Positions 1 to 11,513 of a stretch of 64,000 nt of DNA are shown one piece after another. How positions within the stretch are numbered: the first letter of the stretch is position 1; the number at the start of each line of letters is the position of its first letter. The notes under the pieces were generated by a model that did not search any database, was not told the DNA's origin, and saw nothing but the letters and a program-made list of their open reading frames with translations. Origin of the DNA: Eledone cirrhosa (Eukaryota). Where the stretch lies: positions 142,476,001 through 142,540,000 of the forward strand of contig OZ024742.1 in the NCBI GenBank assembly GCA_964016885.1. Direction: 5' to 3'. Made by a program: the position numbers and the translations under genes.

Positions 1-497
1 AGTTTAGAGAACAAAAGGTTTCTTCCTACGTACAAAAGGAAGGCTATATGACACCTGCGTGCAGTGCACGATGCTGCATGTTAGTGAAACAAGGGCTGTG
101 ACCGCAGAGGCCATGCGTAGACTGGGGAGAAATGAAGCAACCATGTTTCGTTGGATGTGCAATGTGAAAGAAAGGCAAAGCTTGGACAAGCTGAGAGAAG
201 CTGAGCTTAAGAGGAATCCAAGATGGCATGCAGGAGAGAAGGCTACGTTGGTATGGACATATGATGCACATGGACTATGACTGATGGGTGAAGAAATGCC
301 ATTAAATCGCAGTGGAAGGAAACCACAATAGAGGACACCCCAAAAAGACCTGGTCAGAGGTTGAGAGCAGACCTCAAATCACTAAGACTGGCAGAGGATA
401 TGACGAAGGAATGCAGCAAGTGGAGAGATGCCATGCTGAGAAGAACTCGTCCAACCATGCATGGAAAAGTGGACGTAGAAACGATGATGATGATGAT
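1..497 (+). mobile_element. 3' fragment of an RTE-clade LINE, degraded
   Basis: Broken frames GRLYDTCV, RNEATMFRWMCNV, RGHPKKTWSEV; ends in ggacgtagaaac(gat)n like the other RTE copies here. Confidence 0.85.
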
Positions 498-1445
498 ATA
501 TAGTGTATGTGATTCAGTGAATTACTGTACTTCTTTTAATCACCAATTGAGTCGGGTCCATAACTTCTATGAGACAATCTGATGAAGATAAAAGATCAAC
601 TAAGGTCCCAGCAAAACAGAGAGTGACATTACAGTGGAATGATAGGACTGATACGGCCACAAAAGCAAAGTGATAGGTCTAGAAAGACTAAAAAAAGTGA
701 GGGACAAACAACAATACCAAATAGCTAGAAGAAAGGCTAAGAAGCATCAGATATACTTAGCAAGGGAAGAGACAAAAAAGAAGTTTGCACATGCTCAACA
801 ACCTAAGCTTTATGAGTAAAATTGTGTAGATGGAAACTGTGTGGAAATATATTGGATGGATTGTACCTGTAATCCTTGACACACGTGCCATGCTGATTCA
901 GTCTAAGGATTACAATAAGGGTAGCTGTGTGGAATACTCAGCCACTTTACATGCTAATTCAATAAGCAGGACAGTTGATCAACCAACTGAACATTCAAAT
1001 ATTCTCAACATGAGAGCCTCTTATTATCATCATGTATGTTTTGTAACAGATACGATTTTAAATTGACCGAGATTATATTTCCAATATTAAAATATTTGGG
1101 AAGGTCAAACTAACATGTAATTTATTAACCTACATAATATCTACTGTTCCTGAATGGATTTTCAGGTCATCAATGGGTCATAAAACACAATTCTATCACA
1201 TATAAATTTAGATTATTTACATTTATCTAAAAAAAAATTTCATATAATTTTATGTAAGAACTTTTGTTAAGTTAATTATAGTAGTAAATCCCTCCTAATT
1301 CTTAATTATTTCCAAAAATTATAGGCTATATATTTATTAGAAATATGATAACAAATGGGTTAAGACATATATAAATATCCAAGATTAGAAACATTCAAAA
1401 TTAAATTAAATAATGTAAACAGATAAACATATAAATGTAACTAAC

Positions 1446-1470
1446 TTGCTTTCCGGAACTTGCTTTCAGC
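1446..1470 (-). CDS. FCHO2: FCHo1/2-like microexon (25 nt)
   Basis: Long polypyrimidine tract, then ttgcAG|GCTGAAAGCAAGTTCCGGAAAGCAA|GTtagt. Encodes AESKFRKA, continuing the alignment to FCHO2 AAVKSKKA. Confidence 0.85.
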
Positions 1471-3391
1471 CTGCAATTTGATAGAAAAAAAAAAAAAAAG
1501 TTATGAATGAAACTGAAAATATCAAGAAAAACATAATAAAATAATACATTATTGGTACATTAGCAGTGTTTTTTTTTTATGCTCTAGGAAACTATAAAAT
1601 AAACATACAAATTTTAACCATCATTGTCTGTGCCATCAACATCATTATTTTACACCTAATTTTCCATGCTGGCATGGGTCAGACAGGTCATTATAGACCA
1701 AGTCAGTGCTTTATCAGAGTCAGTCCTCCTAGATGGGTTGGAGGACCTGTTTCATGTGAATATGTTCCTTTTTTGGCATAATTTCTATGGCTTTTTATAT
1801 GACTTGACATGACTGGACAGTCCTAATTAAAATTAATTAGTTTCAGTGGACAGTCATAAACTGTCACAGATATATCAAATATTAAAATCAATGTACCTAA
1901 TTTAATAAAGTGCTTTATAATAGTGGTTTTAAATACAATTTCACAGTGATCAGTTAAGAACAAGGTAAAAAGATGCTGATGAGAATGTTAATAATATTAA
2001 TAATGTTAAAAAGTTGTTGATGCGAATGTTAATATTGTCCTGCAGATAACTTTTCTTCTGTTCACAGTGAAATTGTCTAAATAGATAGCTGTTTGCAACT
2101 GTCTGTCATCATCATCATATTATGTCCACTTTCAATGCTAGAATGGGTTGGATAGGTTGTCATGGTCCAAGTCAATTTTTGTTCACAGGTACTATGCTAT
2201 TGCAGGGCGAAATCTTAATGACACAACCATGTCTTGAAGTAAAATGTCTGCCATCACATTAAAAACACTATGCAAATAGTACTTGAATTATCCCAGAGGA
2301 CGGAAAATATATTTTGTAAAACATGTCATTAAACAATTCAAACAGGTGTACAGTTGAGTGACAGTATAACTAAGCTGTAGAACCAAATAGTAATGGGAGG
2401 AGTGGGGAGGAAATGTCCGTCGGAATTATAGAGAATTTTTCACTGCACTACAGAAATTAGCTGACTTGCTGAAAATAGCTGTAACTTTCATCAACTCATT
2501 ATTTTTGTCTATTGTTAACCTTTAAACACCAACATATCTGAAACCACTATTAACCCTCTCGTTATCATCATTATCATCATCATCTCCATTTAACATCCAT
2601 TTTTCCATGCTAGCATGGGTTAGACAAGTTGTCCTGTTGTGGGTAATGTCAGGTCAGGTGACCATGTCTTGCTCATATGGAACTGATTTTGGCTTAGTTT
2701 CTGCAATTGGATGCCCTTCCTAACGCCAACCTCTTTTACAGTTATATTTCTAATGAAATACTCTGTGTTTGAATTAACTAATGAAGAATTTATAGACAAT
2801 TACTAAAATCATGAATTATTTCATTACTAAGATGATATTTGTAATATAATTTAACAAAAGGTTCTTATATCAAACTATGCTGGGAAATAATAATCTAAAT
2901 AGGGACCCTTTAAAGTGGGTGATTTAGTTTCATAGAATCAGAGGCGATTTTAGGCAGGTTGGTACCAAAAAGGTTAAAGTGTTCAAATTTAAATCTTGAG
3001 TTGAAATCTCATTATCTCATGACAGATGATGATATATTTTCAGTAGTTAAATATTTGTCTTTTATTGAAAGTTGAAAGTTAGTTATTTCACTAAAACTCT
3101 CATTATTCTTTATTACTTTGATAATCCTAAGACGAAGGCAATATGTGTTCTTGGCAACAAAAAGATTAAAATTAGATTCCAATTTAATTCTAAAAGAAAT
3201 AACTTACAAAGCAGATAATTTAAATTATACACATACATATGTATTGAAGAAATTGATAGTACAAATCTTCACAGTGACTAACCTTTTCCTCTCTATAGAG
3301 AATCATCAGACTGATTCTAAAACCTAATCACACAAAGAGGAATATAGGAAAAATCACTCTTGAAGGTTAAATCTAGAAATAATTTACCAAC

Positions 3392-3472
3392 CTTCTCAGT
3401 ATCTTTCTGAGATGCTCCTTCTTTCTTTAATCGATCTAGTTCAGACACTCGTGTATGATAAATTTCTTTTGC
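3392..3472 (-). CDS. FCHO2: FCHo1/2-like exon (81 nt)
   Basis: ttacAG|GCA...AAG|GTtggt. Encodes AKEIYHTRVSELDRLKKEGASQKDTEK (FCHO2 [27 protein letters not shown]). Confidence 0.93.
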
Positions 3473-3746
3473 CTGTAACAGAACAAATCAAAATTTCTAG
3501 ATAACAAAAGTATTTGATGTTATATAGCAAAAGGTCAATCAAAGATTCACAAGAATGGCAATCAATGTATTACTGTTATGATTGGAAGCTTGTTTCTTTT
3601 TTTAGTATACAAATGAAAGGGGTATTTAGTTGATGAATTAATGTATGTATGGAAAGAAGGTACACATAAATATCTGTATCCACATATGCATTTGTACACA
3701 CACACACACATTCTATACCTTTTTTCTATAACCTATCAAGTGCATG

Positions 3747-4830
3747 TCAGAGATCACCTTCTGACAAGTTAAGTAATACCATGCTGTCTGCAAATTCCAG
3801 CCAACTGATCCTACATGCACCAAAAATTATACCACTTCCAACCGGGCTGTGCATGTCAATCCTATCCATGAAGATTATGAACAGGAGAGGTGACAGTACG
3901 CATCCTTGATGGAGTCCGACTTCCACTTTAAATGGTTTTGATTTAGCACCATTTATCCGAATACAAATTCTTGGGAATTTATATAAAGACATCAGGGCAA
4001 CAAGAAGCTATCCATTGATCCCATACTCCTGTAGAACCTCCCACAGCAGGTCCCGTGGATGCAGTTGTATGCCTTTTCGAGACCTACAAAACAAGAATAT
4101 GCCTCTTGGCAGTACTACCATGATTTCACAAAGACTTGCTGCAGGTCGGATGTGCTGTGCCTGGGGACAAAAACCACACTGTTCATCAGCTTGTTTGAAC
4201 TCGACAATCTCTCTACATCTCTTAGCCAGACACTTAGTATAGGCTTTTCGAGAGAAGGCTTAACAAGGAAATCCCTCTATAATTGGAGCAATCTCTTTTG
4301 TTTCCCTTTTTGAAAACTGGGATTATCACTCCCAATTGCTATTGCAATGAGATCCAGTTCACCCAGTACAAATATGTCAGCCAGAGAATACCTTCTCTAT
4401 TTAAGGCTTTTAACATCTTGGGCCAAATTTCATCTTCCCCAGCAGCCTTGCCACATTTGAACTTGTTAATTGCTCTTGTGACCTCAGCCTCTAAGAGATT
4501 AATCATCATTCTCCGATGTACAGCATGTACATCAGAAGATACTGTTGTGATCAGGTTTAGGAGATCAACAAACTATTCGCTCCACCTCACAAGAAGACAC
4601 CTCTCTGAAGAGAGAAGAGTCCCAGTTGTATTCCTGATAGCAGGTGTAGAGGAGGACTTCTTATTACGAAGATGGTCTGCCAGAACACTTTGCTGATCTC
4701 AAGTCAGATTCCAGTTTCACCCCAAAATTCTTTCCATGTCTTAACTTTGGGCGCCTTTACTGTCTGCTGCAAGAAAAAGGACTTATTTCCAAGCCAAGCT
4801 TTGAAGGCCTCCTTCTTTGTTCGGATGGCA
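3747..4830 (-). mobile_element. RT fragment of a second RTE-clade family (Expander/Rex3-like), degraded
   Basis: [22 protein letters not shown]...GIIFGACRISWLEFADSMVLL, plus upstream GKAAGEDEI motif; distinct from the other RTE copies. Confidence 0.75.
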
Positions 4831-5859
4831 TCTAAAATTGATTACTTCATTATTATATTTGTAACCTAACAAAAGATACTTATATCAAATTATGCTGGAA
4901 TATTTTAATTTAAATAGAATCCTTTAAAATATGTGATTAGGTTTCGTAGAACCAGGAGTAGTTGGGTGCAGGATGCTATCAGAGTTAACGTATTGTTCCA
5001 TTACACGTTTTAAATAGTATCAAATAGAGAGGCTTTAATCTGCTACAATCAATAATTCTTCAGTTAGTGTTGTCAATTTTCCTTTACTATAACCTTATTC
5101 AGTATTTTTTAGGTATTGGCCATGTAAAAAATTCTTTTTGCCATCATCATGGCATTCTGAAGCCTCATTTTAGCCTTCTCACAATTTCTTCTGTTGTTTC
5201 TCTTTTGTATTCACAACTACTTCTCCTTTCAGTCTTTGTTGTGTATTTCTTGATTTCTTTGATGACACAAAATATTTTTTTGTTTTGTTTATGATTTATA
5301 CTTATTTGTATTCATTTTCCATTATTCTGCACTGAATGAATATTTTTGTAGTTTTAAAGTGGATATTTTATAACAATTTTCCACTTGCATAAAGTCCCTA
5401 CATCCATGCATTCATGGTAAATATAATATTTCTATAGCAGAATTTGGTGTGTGTATTCCAAATGGAGGCATCATATTTCTAATTATTTTGTTTAGTCTTG
5501 TTAATTCATTTAGCATCTGATAGGGAATATTAAAACTTATTAAAAGGACAGCTAGCCTATTGATGATATTTACCCTAGTTTTGCATTTAGTTTTGTTTTA
5601 AGTAGTAATCTGATGCACCTATAATATTCCTTTCTAATATTTTCTTTCATTTGTAAACTGCCTACTTCTTTGATTGCTAAGTATTTGTATATCTGTGTGG
5701 TCTTATTCTGTTATCTTAGTTTCTTTATCTAGCATAATATTAGTGCTCCTAATTAATTTGCCCCTCTTCAAGGTTGCCTTAGCTCATTTTTCAAATTTAA
5801 AATCTCATATCAGTTTCTCTGGTAAATCCATGTATCATCTGCTTTATTATTATTATTAA

Positions 5860-6251
5860 TTGTTTCTAAATGTTGGCACAAGGCCAGCAATTACCCAATG
5901 CATTACTGGTACTTTATTTTATCGACCCCATAAGGATGAAAAGCAAAGTTAACCTCGGCGGGATTTGAACTCAGATCATAAAGGGCCATAACTCTATGCT
6001 GCAAAGCATGGCGTCCGACCCTCTACCGATACTGCCAATCCACCGCCCTTTTTATTATTATTAATAATTGTTTCTACTTTAGGCACAAGGCCAGCAATTA
6101 CCCAGTGCCTTACTGGTACTTTATTCTATCGACCCCGTAAGGATGAAAGGCAAAGTCAACCTCGGCGGGATTTGAACTCAGATCATAAAGGGACGTAACT
6201 ATGCTGGAAAGCATGGCATCCGACCCTCTACCGATACTGCCAATCCACCGC
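5860..6251 (-). mobile_element. Two tandem copies of a tRNA-derived SINE (Nin/Deu-like core)
   Basis: Each about 190 bp: A-box-like TGGCAGTATCGG, B-box GAGTTCAAATCCC, core CTTTCATCCTTA.GGGGTCGATAAAATAAAGTACCAG, AAT-rich tail. Confidence 0.8.
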
Positions 6252-6782
6252 TTTTTTTAAATAATAATAATCATTTAACATCCATACAAGTTGTCCCATT
6301 TGAGACAAGTCAGATCAGGTGACCGTGTCTTGCTCATACAGAACAGTTTCTGGCTTGATTTCTATGACTGGATGCCTTTCCTAATGTCAACCACATTTAC
6401 ATTGTGGGCTGGTTGCTTTTTGTCATGGCACCTACATGACTACTTTACAGTGCAGACTGAGTGCTTTTTATTGTAGCACCGTAACAACCACTTTACAGTG
6501 TGGGTTGGGTGCATTTTGTCACAACACCTTCACGACCACTTTACAGTGTGGGCTAGGAGATTTTTGTCATGATGATGATGATGATAATAACGGTTTCTGA
6601 TTTAGGCACAAGGCCAGCAATTTTGGGGGAAGGGGAAAGTAAATTAAATCGACCCCAGTGTATTACTGGTACTTAATTTTATCGACCCCATAAGGATGAA
6701 AGGTAAAGCTAACCTTGGTGGGATCTGAACTTAGAACGTAAAGGGCTGTAACTCTAAGCCACAAAGTATGTTGTAATAACAA

Positions 6783-7970
6783 TCATCATCACCACTTAAT
6801 GTCCATTTTGCCATGCTAGCATGGGTTAGATGAGTTGACCAGATGTAACCCGAGCCAAAGCAGTTGACTGTCTCCAGCTCACACTGGGCCAATTTTGGCT
6901 TGGTTTCTATGGCTGGATGCCCTTCCAAATGCCAACCACATTTAGTGTCGGGTGGATGCTTTTTTGTTGTGACACCTACACGACCACTTTTCAGTGTGGA
7001 CTGGGATAGGGGTGGTGCATGGGAATTGAAAAGGTAGATCTAGGGTGGGGCAGTTTTCAGGTGAAGGGTGGATCAAGGGGGTTAGGGCATTGAGTTGTAT
7101 GGAAAGGGGAGGTAAGGGCGAGTAGTGCATACTAGATATATTCCTCAACCTGTGCACATGGGAAGGCGGCTCTTCTGAATTACTGCATGAGACCAGAGAT
7201 CACAATCCTGTCATCGCCGTTGAGAGGTATAATTGTGCAAGGTCAGCTTTTATCACCTCATCCCAAATCTTCCTAGGTCTTCCGATTCCATAGCTTCCAT
7301 CAACTTTGAGTGCCTTGCACCTTTTTATACAGCTGTCATCTGGTATATGCATCACATGTCCATACCAATGCAATCTCCTCTCCTGCATACTGCATCTGAT
7401 CCCTCTTATGCCCAGTTTCTCTCTCAGTTCATTTATGCTTTGCTGTTCACTTATATTACACATCCATCGGAGCATGCCAGCTTCATTTCTTTCCAATCTT
7501 CACAGGTCCTCTGCACACAGTGCCCAGGTCTCACTATTGCATAACATTGCTGTTCGTATACACACATCATACAATCTACCCTTCCCATCTCTGAGTTCGT
7601 CTAGCTCCAGGTTATGCTGAATGGTGCATTCCTCACCTGGAAGAGACATTGTTTACAACCATCATTCTATTTCGCTTTCTGGTGAGAATGAAATATATTT
7701 GGCTAGTGTGCTTACCTGATCTATAAGGGATCAAGTAATTGCCTGGCTTTTTGAAGTTAGTGTTTACAGGTTGTCAGTCCATTAATGTCGCAAAATTCCA
7801 GGAGCCTGGATCCTTCCTCATTTCTAGCACCAAACCTGTACCCACCATGTATCCTGTAGAAGCCATCACTGTGTTGCCCAAGTGTCCATTGAAGTCTTTT
7901 GCTATGATTAATAGTTCCTTGTCATTCAATGTTGTGTTGCTAAACAAGATCTTTGAATTCATTTGGGTCT
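6783..7970 (-). mobile_element. Internally deleted, degraded RTE LINE
   Basis: Endonuclease remnant (IIAKDFNGHLG), C-terminal ERNEAGMLRWMC...GRPRKIWDEV, 3' UTR and (GAT)n tail. Confidence 0.85.
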
Positions 7971-8192
7971 AATTGTTCCTAGAGTATACACACACACTCA
8001 TACCATAATCATCAATTTAATGTCTGATTTCTCTATATATACTGAGCTTCCACAGTTTCTATCTACCAAATGTTTTTACATGATATCAGTCAACCTGAAG
8101 CTATAGTGCTGGTGTCACAATAAAACTTTGTAATATGGTTGTGCATATGACAACCTATCTACTGCTGATGCCACAATATAAAATGTACCCAG

Positions 8193-8496
8193 TGTGGGTA
8201 TGGTGTGGTGTGCGGTGGCCGGAAGCTGGGGAGTGCTCGACCGGAAGAGTGCTTGACCGGAAGGGTGCTTGGCCGGAAGGGTGCTCGGCCGGAAGGGTGC
8301 TCGGCCGGAAGGGTGCTCGACTGGAAGGGCCAGCAGGTCGGCCTCTCTCTAGCGGTGATCAGGAACGTGGTGGACGTCAGTTTTGCAGCTCCCGGTTAAC
8401 GAATTGGATTGTACGCACATGGAAGAGGAGAAACCAGCCATGGGATCTAGCGGCGCCTGTGAAAAGCAGTAAGTGAGGTAGCTTTTTCTAACCACA
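8193..8496 (+). repeat. 5' LTR (304 bp)
   Basis: TGTGGG...CCACA; about 97% identical to the 3' LTR by manual comparison, apart from tandem-repeat copy number. Confidence 0.95.
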
Positions 8497-8508
8497 AGCT
8501 ATTTCGGC
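8497..8508 (+). promoter_or_regulatory. Non-canonical primer-binding site complementary to tRNA-Phe nt 1-12
   Basis: AGCTATTTCGGC abuts the LTR end; its reverse complement GCCGAAATAGCT is the 5' end of metazoan tRNA-Phe(GAA) as recalled. Confidence 0.75.
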
Positions 8509-8624
8509 ACTGGAAACTGAGATCTGATTGAAAAAAAAAAAAAACTTTCTCGAAAACAAAGCTACTGCGAAAACAGAGAGGAGTCTATTGTTTTTTTATT
8601 ACGTACCGCAAGAGAAATTAGGAT

Positions 8625-9385
8625 ATGGCGACGAGACTACAAATGAGTGAAGCGATTAGGGCATTTACCGGTGAAGGCGATGTTGTCGCTTGGCTGCGAA
8701 AAGTCCAGCTGGTCGCAAGCTTACAGAAGATAGAAGATGTGGTGGCCTCATGGCACTGTACCTCGAGGGGGACGCGTTGGTACTCTTCCTTGAGATGGAT
8801 GAACACAGCCAAAGGGATGCGCAAAAGATTGAGAGGCACATGATGGAAGCGTTCGCGGAGGGACCGTTAGCCACTTTTGCTAAGCTGGCAAGAATTAGAT
8901 GGAACGGTGAACGCTTTGACATTTTCGCAGCGGAAATACGGCGATTGGCCATGTTGGCTGGATATCAGGTGGAATGCGAACGCACGGTGCGGTTGGCGTT
9001 CATAAATGGATTTCCAGACGACATAGCGGTGAAACTGCAGCAAGTCCCGAGTTACAAAGAAATGGAGATGCGTGCACTGGTGGAGCAAGCCCGCATCATA
9101 GCAGAAGATGCCAAGAAGAGTGTCGCGGCGATAACAACTACAGAGGCTCAATGCAGCTGGCAGCGAAATGGTGAAAGGGAGGCAACCACGGCATGCGGTC
9201 ACCCACGAACGTTTATAGGTCGCTGTTTTAGGTGCCAGGGCCCGCACATAGCGAGAGACTGTAGAGAGTCAAGGCCGGAAATAATATGCTACCAGTGTAA
9301 GCCACCAGGCCACATCGCTACTAGGTGCGACCAGGGAAACGATCCAAGGGGAACTACTGCGCCGGTAGTTGCCCCTTACGAGTAG
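8625..9385 (+). pseudogene. gag with two zinc knuckles (one frameshift near 8745)
   Basis: MATRL...FTGEGDVVAWLRKVQLVA continues in a second frame as LMALYLEGDAL; knuckles CFRCQGPHIARDC and CYQCKPPGHIATRC. Confidence 0.9.
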
Positions 9386-9391
9386 AGGCGC
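9334..9391 (+). promoter_or_regulatory. -1 ribosomal frameshift signal (slippery heptamer plus pseudoknot)
   Basis: G GGA AAC is in correct gag phase and pol is in the -1 frame. Stem 9346-9357/9365-9377; loop GCGCC pairs with GGCGC at 9387-9391. Confidence 0.85.
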
Positions 9392-11500
9392 TGCCCGTGG
9401 TGGAAGTCTTTGTGAGGGGAAAGCCACAGCGAGCCCTTGTGGACATGGGCTGTACGACGACACTGCTGACCGCGGGGGTGACGCAGAAGTGGAGAGGGAA
9501 GAGCAGCGTAAGGGCAGACGACGGTAGGAAAATTGAATGCCGAGGTCACAGCGAGGTGGAGATGGCGGTACGAGGAAGGAAAATAAGGCTTTCTGCCATC
9601 GTAGTCGACAACGTGGCAGATAGGATCGGCGTGGTTATGGGCATGGACGCAATTGGCCATGTAGGAGGCGTCACAGTGAACAACGTCGGTGTGTCGTTTG
9701 GCGCCGCTGCATCGGTATGCGCTGTGAGTACGCGACAGGAGAACCAGAAGGCCCACAAGGAGAAATACCCCGCTTACACTGTGCAGGACAAAGACTTCAA
9801 GGCCGTGTTCGATGGGCAGCGATGGGTTGTTGAATGGTACTGGAAGGGAGAACCAACAAAACTGAAGACCAAAGTGGGCTGCTATCAACACACATTGAAG
9901 GGAGACATTAGGAGCGTGTTCGAGCGAGAGGTAGAGAGATGGATTGAGGAGGGCATACTGCTTCCCTGGAAAGAGGAGGTGAAGTGCGGAATATTGCTGT
10001 TAATGGCGGTGGCGCAACCCACGAAGAACAAGGTGAGGCCGGTACTGGACTTTCGGGAGCTGAACAAGCACGTGTCATGCCACACGGGTGGCGAGGTCAC
10101 GGATGTCTGTGGGGAAACCCTGCGTGAGTGGAGACGCATGACGGGGCTTTCTGCAATCGTAGATCTAAAGTCGGCATATTTGCAATTGCATATAGATGAG
10201 AAGCTCTGACAGTATCAGCTGGTCAGGTTTAAGGGCCGGACATATTGCCTGACCAGGCTCAGTTTCGGGCTGAGCTCCGCACCAAAGATCATGGCGGCAG
10301 TCCTCAAGACCATTCTGGGAAAGGCCGACAAGATGAAGTGGGCCACTAATTCCTACATTGACGACATCCTAGTGGACGAGTCTGTAGTGTCGGCGGCGGA
10401 GGTCACGAGCCATTTACAGGGGTATGGACTGGCTGCGAAGCCGTCAGAAGCGTTGGAGGGAGGAGCCGCGCTGGGACTTAGTATTCCAGAGGGGAAATGA
10501 AGTTCCAGAACTGGGCCCAAGTATGAGTAGGCGGGAGCTTTTCTCGGCGTGTGGAAAGTTGGTGGGTCACTACCCGATTGCTAGGTGGTTCCGGACAGCA
10601 TGCAGCTATGTCAAGAGACGAGCGGGAGGGGTGACTTGGAGTGACAGAGTGGTTAGAGGCTGCATCCAATGTCAGTCCATTGATCCCGCCCCGGGTGTGC
10701 ACGAAACGGGAAGCCTCCCGGTGGATCGCGACTGGAAGCGATTGCCGGTGGATGTAACACACTACCGACAGGGAACGTACCTCTCGATGGTCGACTGTGG
10801 ACCGGGACGGATGGCCATATGGAGGGAGATGAAGACTGGAATGGCCGAGGAAATCATGCGGACATTGAGAGAGGTGTTCTTGGAGCGGGGCCCTGTGGAC
10901 AAACTGCTGATGGACAACAGTGCAGCGTACCGCTCGGAGGCGCTGAGGGAGATGCTCGATGGATGGAAGGTGGACCGTTTCTTCAGAGCAGCGTACAGGC
11001 CGAGCGGAAATGGAATCATGGAGCGACACCACCGGACGATCAAAGTAATGGCGGAGCGGGGCCACATCTCACCAATGGAGGCAGTGTTCTGGTACAACAT
11101 GTCCCCTCGGGTGGGACAGGTTGAGGAATCGGTGCCACGCAGAGCAGTATTCAGATACGAGTGGCGGCACCTGTGCACGCCACCACAACGACCAGTGGGG
11201 AGAGAGAATGCATTCGTACAGGTGGACAAAGAAGTCTGGGTTAAGCCCCCAGATGGACGTTGCACATCTCAATGGGGAAGGGGAACAGTTACGGCCGTAA
11301 ATTGCCAGAACAATGTGTCCGTGGACGGAGTACCACGTCATGTCCTGGATGTCTGTAGAATTACTGTGTCAACGGACTCCGAGGAAGAGGAAACCCAAAG
11401 TGCCGCCCCAACACTGCGAAGATCGCAAAGAAGTCGCAAACCACCAACTTGGACAGCAGACTTTCATATTCAGAAGCACGAGGGGGAAATTGATCCTTGA
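9340..11500 (+). pseudogene. pol (protease-RT-integrase), disrupted; RNase H absent
   Basis: LVDMGC (degenerate DTG), PVLDFRELN, DLKSAYLQL, YIDD, integrase D..D-35-E (VDVTHY, LMDN, GIMER). Premature TGA at 10207-10209 and frameshift near 10480. Confidence 0.9.
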
Positions 11501-11513
11501 GATCAAGTGGGCG

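Noticed and set aside
8220-8330. Regularly spaced repeats resembling a CRISPR array
   Set aside because: Head-to-tail units with no unique spacers, inside a eukaryotic LTR; no cas genes.
8135-8476. ORFs with repeating GRVL.RKGA.PEG peptides (also 11313-11893)
   Set aside because: Translations of the 16-bp LTR minisatellite, with no protein features.
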